Shown here one piece after another: positions 15,046 through 28,696 of a stretch of DNA of 64,000 bases. Numbering within the stretch: position 1 is the stretch's first letter; the number at the start of each line of letters is the position of its first letter. The stretch lies in contig NC_092351.1 in the NCBI RefSeq assembly GCF_963676685.1, forward strand, positions 60,140,001 through 60,204,000, written 5' to 3'. Below the pieces are notes generated by a model. That model had not been told where the DNA came from, searched no databases, and worked only from the letters and a program-made list of their open reading frames with translations. This DNA is from Mytilus edulis (Eukaryota). A program made the translations under genes and the position numbers.

Positions 15046-16447
15046 AGCATTTGCTAATGGTCTTTAATACCATAGTGTGCTTAGACATCCACTTTTACTT
15101 TGTTTGTATTATATATCTCAGTCGTTTATCAAATAAACGTATCCGTCTCATATTAAAGTTTTCTGTGTAGTTGAGTTGTGGGCGCAGGGTGTTTGTCCTT
15201 TCTTAGTTTTTCTTTCTGGCGATGTTTTTTTGTCTTTTTTATTAGACTTAAATGTTGTTGTTGTGCACCCCCTTTGATTCTATTACTCCATGTAGCATCT
15301 GCGAATTAAACAAGAGGCTCTTAAGAGCCTGTGTCGCTCACCTTGCTCTATGGGCATATTAAACAAAGGAAACAGATGGATTCATGACAAAATTGTGTTT
15401 TGGTGATGGTGATGTGTTTGTAGATCATGCTTTACTGATCATTCTTGCTACTTACAATTTTCTCTATCTGTAATGAACTTGGCCCTTTAGTTACAGAGGA
15501 AAATATTTTGTAAAAACTTACCAAAATTTACCAAATTAATGAAAATTGTAAAAAATTGACTATAAAGGGCAATAACTCCTTAAGGGGTCAACTGACCATT
15601 TTGGTCATGTTGACTTATTTGTAGATCTTAACTTGCTGAACATTATTGCTGTTTACAGTTTATCTCTATCTATAATAGTATTCAAGATAATAACCAAAAA
15701 CGGTTAAATTTCTTTAAAAATTAACAATTGGGGGAGGGGGCAGCAACCCAACAACCTGTTGTCCAATTCATCTGAAAATTTAAGGGCAGATAGATAATTA
15801 CTAGAAGTAAACCCCATGTCAGATTTGCTTTAAACGCTTTGGTTTCAGAGTTATAAGCCAAAATCTACATCTTACCTCTATGTTCTATTTTTAGCCATGG
15901 CGGCCATCTTGGTTGGTTGGCCGGGTCATCGCACATATTTTTTAAACAAGATACCCTAATAATGATTGTGGCTAAGTTTGATTTAATATGGTCCAGTAGT
16001 TTCAGAGGAGAAGATTTTTGTAAAAGATTACAAAAATTTACGAAAAATTGGTAAAAAATGACTATTAAGGGCAATAACTCCTTAATGGGTCAACTGACCA
16101 TTTTGTTCATGTTGACTTATTTTTAGATCTTACTTTGCTGAACATTATTGCTGTTTACAGTTTATTTCTATCTATAATAATTTTCAAGATAATAACCCAA
16201 AACGGACAAAATTTCCTTAAAATTACCAATTCTTGGGCAGCAACCCAACAACCCATTGTCCGATTCATTTAAATTTTTTTAGGGCAAATAGATCTTGACT
16301 TAATAAACAATTTTACCCGTGTCAAATTTGCTCTAAAAGCTTTGGTTTCAGAGTTATAATCCAAAATATACATTTTACCCTTATGTTCTATTTTTAGCCA
16401 TTGCGGCCATCTTGGTTGGTTTGGCGGGTCACCGGACACAATTTTTA

Positions 16448-19400
16448 TTTTTTTTATCTAAAATCTGATTTATTGCACTATTGCTGTTATAATTAATACC
16501 ATGTCTACAGCATTTGACAGGGCATCCCTGAAGTGTTAGTTTTACTGAACAAACAGGGAGATTGTTCAGTAAATTATTAATAATAATAATAAATGGTTAG
16601 ATTTACATGTTACAATATTGTGTATACAGATTATACAGATTACTACAGAAATTATTTTCCGGAAAAGAATACATTCGTGAACCGCTTTGACTCTGTATAT
16701 ATGCTAGTTGACCTGGTCATGACCTATTGATCAAGGATTACACGATGGAGGCAAATTAACAGTCGAAGCAGTTTGTTGTATATTAATTATGTAGGTGAAT
16801 ATACTTGGTTACGAATTGAAGTACATTATATAAGTATATTTATTTATGAGTATGTGATATATTAAATGAAGGATGCGTCAGAATAGTAGGGGTTTAATCT
16901 TTATCACTGATCATGATCATGACGAAGTCTACAACACGTGGTTTTAAGATTAACTAATATAGAGACACATGTATTGCTGAATAAATTAGCATATAGCATA
17001 TTTAGCATATAGCATATATGCGAGAATAATAATTATATGTATAAGCTTATTTCTTTCAAAATTTTACCATGTTTACCACCTGAAAGTGTCGAAATATTTA
17101 AGTAGTTCAAAAAATCTTTTTTGAACAGGGCATACACATCAAAATTTGTAGTTTTATAATTTGAACTGTGAGTGCACTTGTGGATAGAAAATGTAATGAG
17201 TGTCACCAACAGATTTATATCATAATAATTGATATCACTGATTTTATATCCTATAATGAGATTTCTGTAGTTTAGGATATGATGACCTATTTTAACTTTA
17301 TTTAATAGTGTTTTGATCTTTTCCCAAAAAGTTTTAAAGTAACGACATTCTAGGAAAAAATGTTTATAATCTTCTGTTACATTACATAAGTCGCATTTAC
17401 TGTCTTCTTTTATCTTCCATTGAAAAAGCAATTGTTTGCAAGGAAGGATATGATGCAGCAATTTCCATTTAAATATTTTTAATCTGTTATCTTTTAAATA
17501 AGTAAATATAAAGTTAAGCATTGATTTAATTGGAATTAACGAATCTAAATTTAGGACACGTTTCCATTTAAAGAAACCTGGAGGCGTGTCTTCATTTCCA
17601 CTATTAATGTGTGTATATCTGTTTTGTTTCCATTACTTGTAAAATTATTATCTTATTTTTTTCTTTTGTATTGATGCAAAGGTTAAGTTTATTTTTAACT
17701 TTTGATTTTATTGATTTTTCTGATTTAAGTACCTTGAGCCATTCATTTGGTAAGGCATACTTAAGTTTTGAAATTTCAAACATTAAATTGGATTTTGAGG
17801 ATATTTTATTAGATATTATTTCTTGAGAGATATTACCATTTTGGTCTATTATATCGTTAACGTATATAATACCTTCTTTTATCCAATTTATAAAAACTAA
17901 ACACTTTCCTTGAAATTTTATCAGTTTGTTTCCCCATAAGATTTGTTGTCTAATGTTTTTAAAATTCATATTGAGTTTGGTATTATTTAAATTTTGTACT
18001 TTGAACCAAGACTTTACAATTTCTAAGTAGAATTTTGGTAAAGTTTTATGTAGGTTTTGTATTGAGTAAATGTTGTCTAGATTCATGTAAAGTAGCATGA
18101 AATTAGCACCAAATTTATTAAAGTAAAATGTCGGAATTACTTTCCAGTTTGCAAAATCATCTGCAGTAAGTCTTTTTATCCATGCTATTTGTAGTGCAGT
18201 TATATAATTGTCTATATCTGTCATTTTAAGCCCTCCCTCAGTAGTATTTTTGCTAAGGGTGGTTCGTTTGACCTTTTCTCGTTTACCATCCCATATAAAA
18301 TTGTAGATAATAGTTTTAAACTGTTGAATAAATTCCTGTGGTAGGTTTGTGACTGAAGCTAAATATGTAAGGTTAGGTATAAGAAGAGATTTTACAACTG
18401 TTATTTTACCTATCATTGTAAGATTTCTTTTTTTCCAATTACTTATTAATTTGTCACATTTCTGTATTATTTTTTCAGTATTCAGCTTATCACATTCAGC
18501 TCGATCTGTTCCAAAATAAACTCCTAGACTTTTTATTGGTCCTTTATTCCATGTTATATTTTCAAACTTATCTTTACAATGTTTTAATTTTCCTAACCAA
18601 ATGCCCTCAGTTTTTGATCTATTTAATTTTAAACCTGATAGCGTTCCAAAGATTTCAATAATATTAAGAGTGTGACGTACTTCATCTTTTGATTTTAGAA
18701 AAAGTGTTGTGTCGTCAGCTAATTGAGAAATCTTTAAACTGTGTGTTTTAGTATCTAGCTTAATTTGAAAACCTTTGATGTTGTTGTCTTGTCTTATTCT
18801 GCAGGACAAAATTTCTACAGCAATAACAAAAATCAGGGAACTTAACGGGCAGCCTTGTCTAATACCGCGTTTAATGTTATATGGTGATGAGACCCACCCA
18901 TTGTTTAACATACAACCCGTTATGTCTTTGTACAGAGTTTTAACCCATTTGATAAAAGGATTTGGAAGGCCGAATTTCTTGAGTGCTTCATACATAAATG
19001 GCCATTCCAATGAGTCAAAGGCCTTGGAAAAATCTATGAATAGCAATGCTCCTTCAATATTAAAGTATTCTGCATGGTCTATTATGTCTTGAATTTGACG
19101 AATGTTGAAACCTATATATCTATTTTTTATGTAACCATTTTGGTCACTATGGATGATTTTAGTTAGTATTGGTTTAAGACGTTGTGCTAAAGAATATGCC
19201 ATAAGCTTTGTATCAACATTGAGTAAAGTAATTGGTCTATAGTTGTCTAAAAGAAGTGGGTTTGCCTTTTTATATAATAAAGAGACTACTCCTATTTTTT
19301 GTAGTGTGCTCATTTCTTCCTTTTGATAGCATGTGTTAAAAACTTTAACAACAATTTCTTTTAAATTTGTCCAGAAGGTTTGATAAAATTCTACACTGAT

Positions 19401-20094
19401 CCCGTCGATGCCCGGTGATTTATTTAATTTCATAGATTTAATAGCTTCTGTACATTCTTTTATGGTAAGCTCCCCTTCTAGATTTTGAGTTTCCTCATGA
19501 GAAAGAGTTTTATCTACTTTTGTTTCTGTTATATATTTTTTTATTTCATTTTCATTAGGATTTGTACTTTTATATAAATTTTCATAGAAGTTTTTTTCTA
19601 ACTTTAAAATTTCAGATGAATCTGTTACAATTTCTCCTTTTTCATTCGTAAGTGCAGAAATATTTTTATGAGTTTGTCTGGAATTTTCAAGGCCTATAAA
19701 ACATTTTGTGTTTTTTTCTCCTTCTTCTGTCCATTTTACACGTGATCTAACCTGAGCTCCCTTTGCTTCATTTATGTAAAGGTTCTCTAGTTTTTTCTCA
19801 GCATTGTTTATTCTATTTTGAACATTATTATCCTGTAAGTTTTCTGCATTTTCGTTCAATTTTTTTAATGACAGTTCTAATTTAATTATTTCATTTTTAT
19901 TTTCAGCTTGTTTTTGCCTACAGTATTTAATGGTTATGTCTCTTACTTCAGCTTTAAAAACGTCCCACTTAACTCGAGGATCTACCGCCGTAGTAAGTAT
20001 TTTTTGTTTATAAGTTTGAATTAAGTTATTAATGAGATTTTGATATTTTGTGTCATTCAATATACTGTTATTAATTTTAAAGAAACCTCGGCCT
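16448..20094 (-). mobile_element. 5'-truncated L1/Tx1-type LINE (ORF2 RT + C-terminal CCHC zinc knuckle)
   Basis: 818-aa ORF 20060-17604 with KSPGIDG, YRPITLLNVD, DFSKAFD, GIRQGCPLS and QLADD. Frameshifted continuation 17521-17033 has CDLC...HFFLEC. AATAAA + A-tail at the 3' end; TSD CAATTTTTA at 16439-47 and 20095-103. The element starts at GRGFFKINNSIL, just after the missing endonuclease. Confidence 0.92.
17604..20060 (-). CDS. LINE ORF2 reverse transcriptase (partial, lacks endonuclease)
   Basis: Non-LTR RT motifs as listed for the element. Confidence 0.85.
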   Translation of the reverse strand: MNDTKYQNLINNLIQTYKQKILTTAVDPRVKWDVFKAEVRDITIKYCRQKQAENKNEIIKLELSLKKLNENAENLQDNNVQNRINNAEKKLENLYINEAKGAQVRSRVKWTEEGEKNTKCFIGLENSRQTHKNISALTNEKGEIVTDSSEILKLEKNFYENLYKSTNPNENEIKKYITETKVDKTLSHEETQNLEGELTIKECTEAIKSMKLNKSPGIDGISVEFYQTFWTNLKEIVVKVFNTCYQKEEMSTLQKIGVVSLLYKKANPLLLDNYRPITLLNVDTKLMAYSLAQRLKPILTKIIHSDQNGYIKNRYIGFNIRQIQDIIDHAEYFNIEGALLFIDFSKAFDSLEWPFMYEALKKFGLPNPFIKWVKTLYKDITGCMLNNGWVSSPYNIKRGIRQGCPLSSLIFVIAVEILSCRIRQDNNIKGFQIKLDTKTHSLKISQLADDTTLFLKSKDEVRHTLNIIEIFGTLSGLKLNRSKTEGIWLGKLKHCKDKFENITWNKGPIKSLGVYFGTDRAECDKLNTEKIIQKCDKLISNWKKRNLTMIGKITVVKSLLIPNLTYLASVTNLPQEFIQQFKTIIYNFIWDGKREKVKRTTLSKNTTEGGLKMTDIDNYITALQIAWIKRLTADDFANWKVIPTFYFNKFGANFMLLYMNLDNIYSIQNLHKTLPKFYLEIVKSWFKVQNLNNTKLNMNFKNIRQQILWGNKLIKFQGKCLVFINWIKEGIIYVNDIIDQNGNISQEIISNKISSKSNLMFEISKLKYALPNEWLKVLKSEKSIKSKVKNKLNLCINTKEKNKIIILQVMETKQIYTH

Positions 20095-20413
20095 CAATTT
20101 TTAAACTAGATACCCCAATGATGATTGTGGCCAAGTTTGGTTAAATTTGGCCCAGTAGTTTCAGAGGAGAATATTTTTGTAAAAGTTAACGACGACGGAC
20201 GACGACGGACGACGGACGCCAAGTGATGAGAAAAGCTCACTTGGTCCTTTGGGCCAGGTGAGCTAAAAATGTAAGTGACAAAAGTATATGTAATAGCTTT
20301 GTCCATAGAAATACAATTGTTTTCGACCATCGATTCTTACAAATCCTTCGACATTCACTTGAGCAATGTATATATTAAAAAATCTGAATACATATTTGGT
20401 ATCTTTTATTTTA

Positions 20414-23400
20414 TTACTTAGAACAGACTACACATGTCAATGGATAATTGTTTATATAAGGTGGACATTTCAAAGATCTGCATTTGGTAACAACTTCATA
20501 GAAAAGTTTACCGTAACGTTGGTCCACGCCTCCCATAATGTATTCTGGGTTCGTGTCAACGCAAACGTAGGTAGAAGCAACATGATGAGCATGATATCCC
20601 GATGCCAAGTGTCCATGGTATTTCACATTCCAGCCACTGTAACATGTATTCTTACCAGGAATCATTATAACAGATGTGGCACGATCAGTTCTACAGAGAG
20701 CACAGGGAACGTCCTCGTCATCAGAATTAGAAGCAAAAAAGTTGGAATCAAATTCTTCACGGTACATACGACCGTTGTCACCCCCACTGGTCTTTACATA
20801 ATTTGGATCTGGTGGCAAACATACGTATTCAGCAGCTGATCCTGCATCGGCATAATTGCCACCACCTGCAAAGCCTGTAATTAAAAGAAAGTACACCTGC
20901 TATACTGCAAATATGATATGTATATACATGTATGTATATTTGTTTTGCATGCACACGTATATAAATTGCGGTTTTTATCCAACGCAATCATAGGTTTGAA
21001 CGTTTTTTTTCAATTTAGACTTGTGTATATATGTATATAAAGCCCAGTCTATGGAAGAAGCGTATCGATAAAAACTTTTCTTATATCACATAGCGATATT
21101 GTCTAATATCAATTGTAAAGATGCAGACATTCCATGCGGAAAATGTTGTTTTCGGCAACGAAAAATTAAGAAAATACTAATTTTAAAACGTATTGTTCAA
21201 ATATAAACAACAATTGAGTCTAAATATACATGCAGAAGTTAGTTAGAAGCTTAAGTTTATGTCAGTGTAAAATTTAAAGTGCTGTGTTTTTCTTATATAC
21301 ATAAATAAACAATGCGATACTTTTAAAATATCAATGCGATACTTTTAAAATATCATAGCGGTGTTTTTGTTATATCAATATTAGTACCGATTAGTATTAA
21401 TATTAGACTGTTGTACCCATATTTTGACAATTTTACCTATCATGTCTGTTTTGTTCACGCATCGTTGTATATATGACAGAATTTGATGAGACTGTCATAC
21501 ACGTGAGAGGTGAAGTGCTATAAAACCAGGTTCAATCCACCATTTTCAAAATTTGAAAATGTCAGTACCGAGTTAGAAATATGACAGTTGTTATCCATTC
21601 GTTTGGTGTGTTTTATCATTTGATTATACCATTTGATAAGGGACTTTCTGATTTGAATTTTCCTCGGAGTTCAGTATTTTTTTTAAATTTTACTTCTTAG
21701 TAGTATTGTATGTAAATAAGCAGTTTTAAGACCATTGCTCAAATTCAAATTTTTTTTTGGTAACATCTTACAAATTTCTCAATTGGTTTTGGAAGCAAAT
21801 CTAATCAAATAAGAGTTTAATAAACAATGCCGTAATCAAATAATCAAATAGCTAAGTATCAAAATGATTGACCTGTACTTTTGAATCTCCTTTTTTAAAA
21901 ATTAGACCGTTGGTTTTCCTGTTTGAATGGTTTAACACTAGCAATGTTCTTTTTCCTATATAGCGTGGTGTTAGCTGTGAGCCAAGGCTCCGTGTTTAAG
22001 GACCTTCTTTGATCTATAATGGTTTACTTTAAACAAATTACTACTTTGATGGAAAGTTGTCTCATTCGAACTCATGCACCATCTTCTTATATCTATAAAT
22101 CTTTAAAATTTCCCCTTATAAATAACTGCTTTCCAGTCCTCCAACTGAACAATCTAAATTTATGAATATAGAAAAGATATATAGATATAGGAAGATGTGG
22201 TGTGAGTGCCAATGAGACAACTCTCCATCCAAATAACAATTAAAAAAAAAAAGTAAACCATGATTATAGGTCAATGTATACGGCCTTCAACACGGAGCCT
22301 TGGCTCACACCGAACAACAAGCTATAAAGGGCCCCAAAATTACTAGTGTAAAACCATTCAAACGGGAAAACCAACGGTCTAATCTACAAATGTATATAAA
22401 AAAACGAGAAACGAGAAACACGTATATATTACATAAACAAACGACAACTACTGTACATCAGATTCCTGACTTTGGACAGGTGCAAACATTTGCAGCGGGA
22501 TTAAACGTTTTAATGGATCCAAACCTTCTCCCTTTTTCTGAAAGAATAGCATAACATCACAACATAGAAAAACACACAATAAAATATCAATTGGCAGACT
22601 TAACTCAATCAAAAAACGTAAATTAATACACAATGAACGAATGAACGAATATACACATTTCTAACGTCAAAAGACATTTACATCTTATTTATTTGTGTTC
22701 TAAACATTTTTTTTAGTACTCATTGAAGAAATGAATTTATAACAAGCGATACGGATTGTTATTTTGCACTAAGAAAAGTTCGCGTATTTATACGATCGGT
22801 TACTAGCCAAAAACGAAAGTCAAATCTCTGTGGCAACAATACATCGGAATACCCTCACGGTCATTGCGATGTAAAAGAGCGTCCACACGGCGAGCTGATT
22901 ATGTTCATAGAGATATCGATTTACCAACGGGGAAAAGTCTTTGATATCCAAAAAGAACTGTCTTCCTTCTCAATATCTTTTGCTATGTTAATAATAAATA
23001 TATTTTCTGTTTGACAAGATTTTTGATTTTCGTTGTATCTGAAGTTGTCCAATTTTTATAGTCTGAGGCTACTCAGTTGGTATCTTCAAAGAGCGGGACA
23101 TCAGCATTTGTACATTTTAATTTGTTTGGATTATTGATTTTACCATTTGAATCTTCAATGTAATTTGGAGCTGTATTGGATTGGATTGTTTGAATGAATG
23201 TTTCTTTTAAGTAATGATATTTTTTGTCTATTTCGATATTACCAAGGTGGGTAGACTATAGCAGTGTGACAAGTAAATTAGAATCTAATAGGTCGGTAGA
23301 CGTATTTGCAACCGCTTTTAAATTCCGCCATTGCATCATCACTTCAAATAGAATTATAAAAAAGAAGATGTGGTAAGATTGCCAATGAGACAACTGTCCA

Positions 23401-24670
23401 CGAGAGACCAAAATAACGCAGACATTAACAATTATAGGTCGCCGTACGGCCTTCAACAATGAGCAAAGCCCATACCGCATAGTCAGCTATAAAAGGCCCC
23501 GACAATGTAAAACAATTCAAACGAGAAAATAACGGCCTTATTATATAAAAGAAAAATGAACGAAAAACAAATATGTAACACATAACCAAACAACAACCAC
23601 TGAATTGCAGGCTCCTGACTTGGGAAAGGCACATACATAAATAATGTGGCGGGGTTAAACATGTTAGTTTGTTGGTTAAACCATGTGATTGAATACAATA
23701 GACTGAACAGGTTGTTAACACTTTCAACTATCAATAGGGTCAAGCAACATTTTCGGAATGATAAGTTCATGTAAGCGTTAATTGTGTTACAGTTACGAAA
23801 TTTTAGTGATGTTGATCCTAAAACATTGAACTGGTCATGATCTAAGTTTGTGAATTATGTTTGCAGTTTTCTTGACATGCATTGTGACGTGTCATCGTAT
23901 TAATTATATATTAGAAAACTATAGCAGTTATATTAGAAAAGTATCGCATTCATAAATTTTTGATATTAAAAAATCATCGCTATGATATAAGACAAATATC
24001 GCATTGATATTTTAAAATATAGCAGTATCGTTGACTTATAATAGGTGATTTTGGCGTAGCAAACAATTGAATTCATCTCAATTGCATTCCACTGAATTTG
24101 CTACATGATATTTATAGAATGTGTACATCTACAAATGATAAATCGTGCATTTATGTTTCATTTATTCAATAATTCAATTTTGCATATAGCGGGTACTCGA
24201 TGTACCAAATCTTAAAAGTATTTACAATCAAATAAAACTTCAAGTATGATAATGTTTATCATATATGCAAACTATTTAAACAATTTTTTTTTCCAGATTT
24301 TAATTCCTTAATTTTCATAGATAATTTCATGTTCATTATAATGGGTGAAAAAAATAATAAAACATTCCTAAATAATAAGAATGGCAATAATTATTATGTT
24401 TTACTAATTATTATTTTATTTCTTTTTATCCTTTTTAATTTATCATTTAAAAGAAAAGAAAACATGTTCTTATGACAGTCATAAAAGCATCAAAGGTATG
24501 ACTATCTTAGGACAGCTTTGATTTACATTCTATGACATATCATATGATAGTCATAATATGGTCATAAGATTTGTCCTATGATATATCTAATGACATATCT
24601 TACGATACTTTCGAAAACCAGGCCTCTGATCTACCTTAAAACAAAGAAAATATATTAACCATGCAATCAT
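20414..24670 (-). pseudogene. C4-like copy C, probable pseudogene: intact-frame exon3 (20874-20414), exon1 reduced to its first 14 codons (24670-~24629), exon2 not found
   Basis: Exon3 is 461 nt and open but has G>R changes at conserved glycines (MYREE, KCRSL). ATG at 24670 gives MIAWLIYFLCFKVD, then unrelated transposon-end-like sequence and a stop. No TYIRWGRKQC-type exon seen between 20.9 and 24.6 kb. The upstream GATA/AGGTCA module is retained. Confidence 0.75.
22180..22635. repeat. Member of the most abundant interspersed repeat family here (aagatgtgg..tgccaatgagacaact...); relatives at ~21890-22100, 23360-23670, 25750-25980, 30960-31120, 31670-31860, 34270-34500, 49005-49230, 53830-54150, 63810-64000
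   Basis: Recurrent shared blocks (gccttcaacaatgagcaaa; gctcctgacttgggacaggc; gcggggttaaacatgtt) in both orientations. Confidence 0.7.
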
Positions 24671-26029
24671 AGTAAGATGTCAATTATCAGGAAATTCAGT
24701 GACATAGATTGGTCCTTATCCTTCTAGAGCTAGAAAAGGTCATAAAGGGTATCAGAAGGGGACTTGTATATGATAAACGAATTTCTTAATATGACAAAGT
24801 GCATTTGACATATTTAAAATAAAAAGTGTAACATTGCTTTTACCTATTTTGTTTAATTGTATAAACGACTGATTATAATCATATCATGAAAATTGTGTTG
24901 TCCTAAAAACAAGAAGAATACCATGAATACGGTAACCGCCGTCGAAACGTAATCATAACCATTTCGATATAGGACCAATAGTGTCAAATAAGTACTTTCG
25001 CTTTAAATATTTCCCCACAATCATTTTAATTATTTCGTAATTGAAATTATTGTGGGGAAATATATATGAGAGAACAGTTATGTTAAAGAAAAAAAGACAA
25101 TGCCGATGATTTCGTTTTGCTGTTCCATATCCACTGTGTATAAATAACCTCGGCCAGAATGTTAGACTAGGTAGTATCTAGTGCATAGAAATACAAATAT
25201 TGAGGTGCAAAAGGTTACTGACTAATCTTGTAATCTGTTGATCGTTCCTTCTACTTAAGATATTACAATGTAATTTTGAATTTTGTTTTACAAAATTCAG
25301 CTTTTAGGATACGGAACATTTTTACGCGACGAATCCGAGACTTTGAATCAATTTTTAGCGGCCTTACATACAGATTAACAAAGAAATGAACAGACATGAA
25401 CCGTTATGATGGTTTTTGATGTTCCGTTACTGTTCTGAAAATTAGACACTATCCAGTCTTAGTTTAATAATGATAACTAGGTGTTTTGTTAATCAATTGA
25501 TGCCAAATGACTGGCAATGTTTGGAACTGTCCTTTAAATGATTATCTTTGGTTCAATCAACTTAATGAAGACTATTATTATTCTACTGTTGTTCACTCAA
25601 TATCTCAGTTTGGGGTATACTTAAAAAAAATACCGATTTGTTTGTACGTTGCCGTATGAAATCTTCTTTGAAGTAGATCAACCAATAGAGTGTTTGACAG
25701 AACGACTTCATATTGATCAGCATTGTCCAAATGACGTGGATTCAAACAACACTAAGTCGTCGTATGGCCTTCAACAATGAGCAAAACCCATACCTTAAAG
25801 CCAGCTATTAAAGGCAAAACATGACAACAATTCAAATGTAAACACCAACAACATAATTTACAACAAAACGATAAAAGAAAAAGAAAATATATAACAGACA
25901 TCAACCAACGACAATCACAAAATAACAAACCCCTGACTTGAAACAGGCACATGCATAAAGGATGTGGCGGAGGTTTGTAGAAAATTAGCGTTTTGCAAAG
26001 TTTATCTGTGGTAACATGCAGCTGGTACA

Positions 26030-26425
26030 ATGGTCATTAAGTTGTGACCTTAGGTAACCTCACCATAGTCTAACATACAGAGGTATTCTGAGGTTACATA
26101 TTTATATACAGTAGTTAAGAAATGACATTAGTTAACATGTGCACTTGGCCATGTATAGAAATGCAGAAGTGCCCTGAGGAAAACTAAAAAAATAGTGTTT
26201 TGTAAAGTTTACACAAAGTGTGGTAATACGAGTATGTGCAGTAATACAGAGTAACCTCACCATGTACAGCAATACAGAGGTAATATTAGGTAACCTCACA
26301 ATGTTCAATCATACAGAGGTGACCAGAGGTAACCTCACCATGTGAGCAATCATAGATATGATCTGAGATACAGGAAATACACAGTAATTCAGAGATGACC
26401 TAAGGTTATCTGACCATGTACAAAA
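26030..26425. repeat. Degenerate minisatellite (agaggtaacctcaccatgt...atac core)
   Basis: ggtaacctcac and atacagagg motifs recur at ~40-bp spacing. Confidence 0.55.
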
Positions 26426-26819
26426 GTCCACTGGAGATGTGAGGTTTTTCCTTGAAAATATCCAACATCTCTCAAATAAGATTGATTAAGACAATTAACA
26501 TTTTAAAAAAGCAGTTATATACTATATAACCTGTGCTTGTAACTACGTTACTTTCTAAGTAATATCAAATGAAAAAAAATAGATTACTGTTCGTACTGCA
26601 ATGTTTCTTTTTTTTAATACTGGTGAATAAAATCCTTACAGTGTGTACTGGCTGGTCATCATCGCGTATGATACGATTTTGATACTCATACACAGCTAAT
26701 GAATATTATGCATTAATATAGATAAGATCAGCACGTGTACCAATAGACTGAGAGTTGTAGATTTGTAGTGTAAATATATAGATGCCGTTTATAGAATACA
26801 AAATTAGATCAGAAACATA

Positions 26820-28696
26820 GGTATTAAAATTGAGAATGGAAATGGTGAATATGTCAAAGCGACAACCACCCGACCATAGAGAAGACAACAGCCGAAGTCA
26901 ACCAATGGGTCTTCAATGTAGCGATAATTCCCGCAGCTGTAGGTGTCCTTCAGCTGGCCCCTAAAAATATGCATAATAGTTCAGTGATAATGGACGTCAT
27001 ACTTAACTCCGAATTATACACAAGAAACTAAAATTTAAAATCATACAAGCCTAACAAACGCCAGAGGCTCCTGACTTGGGACATGCGCAAAATTGCAGCG
27101 GGGTTAAACATGTTTATGAGATCTCAACCCTCCCCCTATACATCTAGCCAGTGTAGAAAAGTAAAAGCATAACAATACGCACATTATAATTCAGTTCAAG
27201 AGAAGTCCGAGTCCGATGTCAAAAGATGTAACAAAAGAAAATAAATAAAATGACAATAGTACATAAATAACAACAGACTACTAGCAGTTAACTTACATGC
27301 CAGCTCCAGACCTCAATTCGACTGATTGAAAGATTATGTGTTCATCATATGAATATCAGGCACAATCCCTCCCGTTAGGGGTTTAGTATCATACTATCAT
27401 AAAATATATGAGAAGAACATAACCCGTCTCATGCCAACAACTGTTTTTTTAGAAATAGATGTGTTTAGTTCCGATTCAAAGACTCTATCGGTGAATCAAT
27501 ATTAAAGCCAAAATATGCAATCTTTAATGACCTGACAACAGTATCGTAACTATATCCCTTTTTAATAAGTCTATTTAAAGATTTTGTTAGTTTCTGAGGA
27601 GAATACTGACATTTTTGTTCTTTATATAGCATATTTCCATAAAAAATTGGATGTGAAATACCTGAACGTATAAGATGTCTGCATGTTGAGTTATATTTAC
27701 GAATTATTTCCTTATACCGATGATAAAATTTAGTAAATGTTTTGACCAGTTTGTGATATCGAAAACCCTGGTGTAATAATTTTTTAGTAATACATAAATT
27801 TCTCTCGCTAATATCTAATACGTTGTTACATACACGAAAGAATCGTACAAGTTGAGATATATAAACACCATAAGATGATGACAAGGGAACGTCACCATCT
27901 ACAAATGGATAATTAACAATAGGAAATGAAAAAACATCTCTCTTATCAACAATTTTTGTATTAATCTTCCCATTTATGATATAGATACCAAGATCGAGGA
28001 AAGGGCAGTGGTCATTGTTATCATTAGCTTTAATTAAAGTAAGTTCTACAGGATAAATTTCTTTAGTATACATACGGAAGTCGTTATTATTGAGAGCCAA
28101 TATATCATCCAAATATCTAAAAGTATTGTTAAATTTTTGTATCAAATATTGTTTTGATGGGTCTTTGCTAATTTAAGTCATAAATTGTAACTCATAACAA
28201 TACAAAAACAGGTCCGCAATAATTGGTTCATAGTTAGTCCCCATTGGAATTCCAAAAACTTGACGATATACGGAATCTCTAAAGCGAACAAAAATGTTAT
28301 CAAATAAAAATTCAAGCGCATAAATAGTATCAAAGCATGTCCAATTGACATAGTTCTTTTGTTTATTGCTACTAAAAAATGATCGCAAAGAGTTTGAACA
28401 TATGTGCTCGCATTCCGACTTTTTAAATGCCCAGTTAATTAGGGATGTGATTTTTTTCTTAATAAGAATATGAGGCAAAGTGGTATATAGGGTAGAAAAA
28501 TCAAAACTTTGAACAGATTTAAAATCACCAATATATGCATTCAATTTATCATGTACTTCCAACGAGTTTTTGACACTCCAAAAGTAATTAATTCCACTGT
28601 TTTCAAAGGCCTTATTTGAACAATTTATTATCAGGTTTTTTATTGTACCAAGTGTACTAGTAAGTAAAACAGACAATTTAGTAGTTGAACAACGGA
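26820..28696 (-). mobile_element. Penelope-like retroelement RT fragment with 3' region
   Basis: ORFs 28751-28173 and 28145-27465 are in one frame separated by a TAA. Motifs SFDFSTLYT, GIPMGTN, FRYLDD, PFLDL, DKRD.FSF.IVNYP, SYGVYISQL.RF. No GIY-YIG seen. Clade assignment is from motif recall. Confidence 0.75.

Larger units (their letters stand above)
15309..20270 (-). mobile_element. HINE/pearl-like (DINE-1-type, non-autonomous Helentron-like) element split by the LINE (15309-16447 + 20095-20270)
   Basis: Minus strand: TTTTTAGCTCACCTGGCCC..GACCAAGTGAGCT subterminal inverted repeat, (CGTC/CGT)n microsatellite, ~500-bp tandem core repeats (15560-16440), and a 3' GGTGAGCG + stem-loop AGGCTCTTAAGAGCCT. 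Confidence 0.7.

Noticed and set aside
18775-19092. 105-aa plus-strand ORF (also 17611-17826)
   Set aside because: Antisense to LINE ORF2.
20366-20839. 157-aa plus-strand ORF
   Set aside because: Antisense shadow of copy C exon3; no independent motifs.
24629-24640. Possible cryptic donor AAG|GTAGAT that could splice copy C's signal peptide to exon3
   Set aside because: Phase 0 donor versus phase 1 acceptor would frameshift exon3.
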